Of a stretch of 64,000 nucleotides of DNA, positions 63,921 to 64,000 are shown one piece after another. Location of the stretch: the NCBI GenBank assembly GCA_030704615.1, contig CM060731.1, forward strand, positions 44,330,001 through 44,394,000. Direction: 5' to 3'. The notes beneath the pieces were generated by a model. The model was not told the DNA's origin. It made no database searches and saw only the letters and a list, made by a program, of their open reading frames with translations. Within the stretch, counting starts at the first letter, position 1. The number at the start of each line of letters is the position of its first letter. Source of the stretch: Takakia lepidozioides (lineage: Eukaryota > Plantae > Bryophyta). The position numbers and the translations under genes are program-made.

Positions 63921-64000
63921 CCCAGAATTCAGTTATTCTATGACCTGGCCTGGCAGTCCATGAGCCTGGGCTCCAAGTCATGAGCGTACACTGGTACTCA

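Larger units (their letters stand above)
50528..64000 (+). mobile_element. Element A: large (>13.4 kb) Mutator-like DNA transposon carrying a ParB-methyltransferase gene and ORF-X
   Basis: Left terminus GAGGTTTACTATTTCA followed by (C/T)ATGAGC repeats. Transposase, cargo genes and palindrome arrays. CATGAGC motifs reappear at about 63959-63986, so the right end is probably just outside the window. Confidence 0.82.

Noticed and set aside
50528-64000. Bacterial or phage contamination suggested by ParB and the methyltransferase
   Set aside because: The gene has GT-AG introns, is linked to a eukaryotic MULE/SWIM transposase and is embedded among plant retroelements.

Overview
Repeat-dense eukaryotic DNA, most likely a land plant: it contains a CYP71-clan P450 pseudogene, a receptor-like kinase fragment, Ty3/Gypsy elements with tRNA-Arg-type PBS and GT-AG introns. 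No intact host gene is evident. 1-16 kb: two nested, decayed minus-strand Gypsy elements with extra ORFs. 19-20.6 kb: an intron-containing Crypton/DUF3504-type tyrosine recombinase. 22-29 kb: an L1-type LINE interrupted by a solo LTR (TSD CTATG), a 444-bp MITE (8-bp TSD) and a third Gypsy copy. The main finding is a family of large Mutator-like DNA transposons. Element A starts at 50528 and runs past the window end. It encodes a GCM-like/DDE/SWIM transposase (+), a divergently transcribed multi-exon gene fusing a ParB/Srx-like domain (DGNHR) to a beta-class N4C/N6A DNA methyltransferase fold (-), and a conserved unknown ORF-X. Its intergenic DNA, ends and several introns carry dozens of copies of the palindrome AATTTCGGCGCCGAAATT, spaced mostly at 53/63/74 bp, close to integral helical turns. 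Element B (about 32.4-38.66 kb) is a relative with an internally deleted transposase, ORF-X and similar phased GGCGCC arrays. A, B and the MITE share one terminal geometry: terminal G, 16 nt, then TGAGC repeats. All assignments come from motif recognition by eye; no database searches were run.
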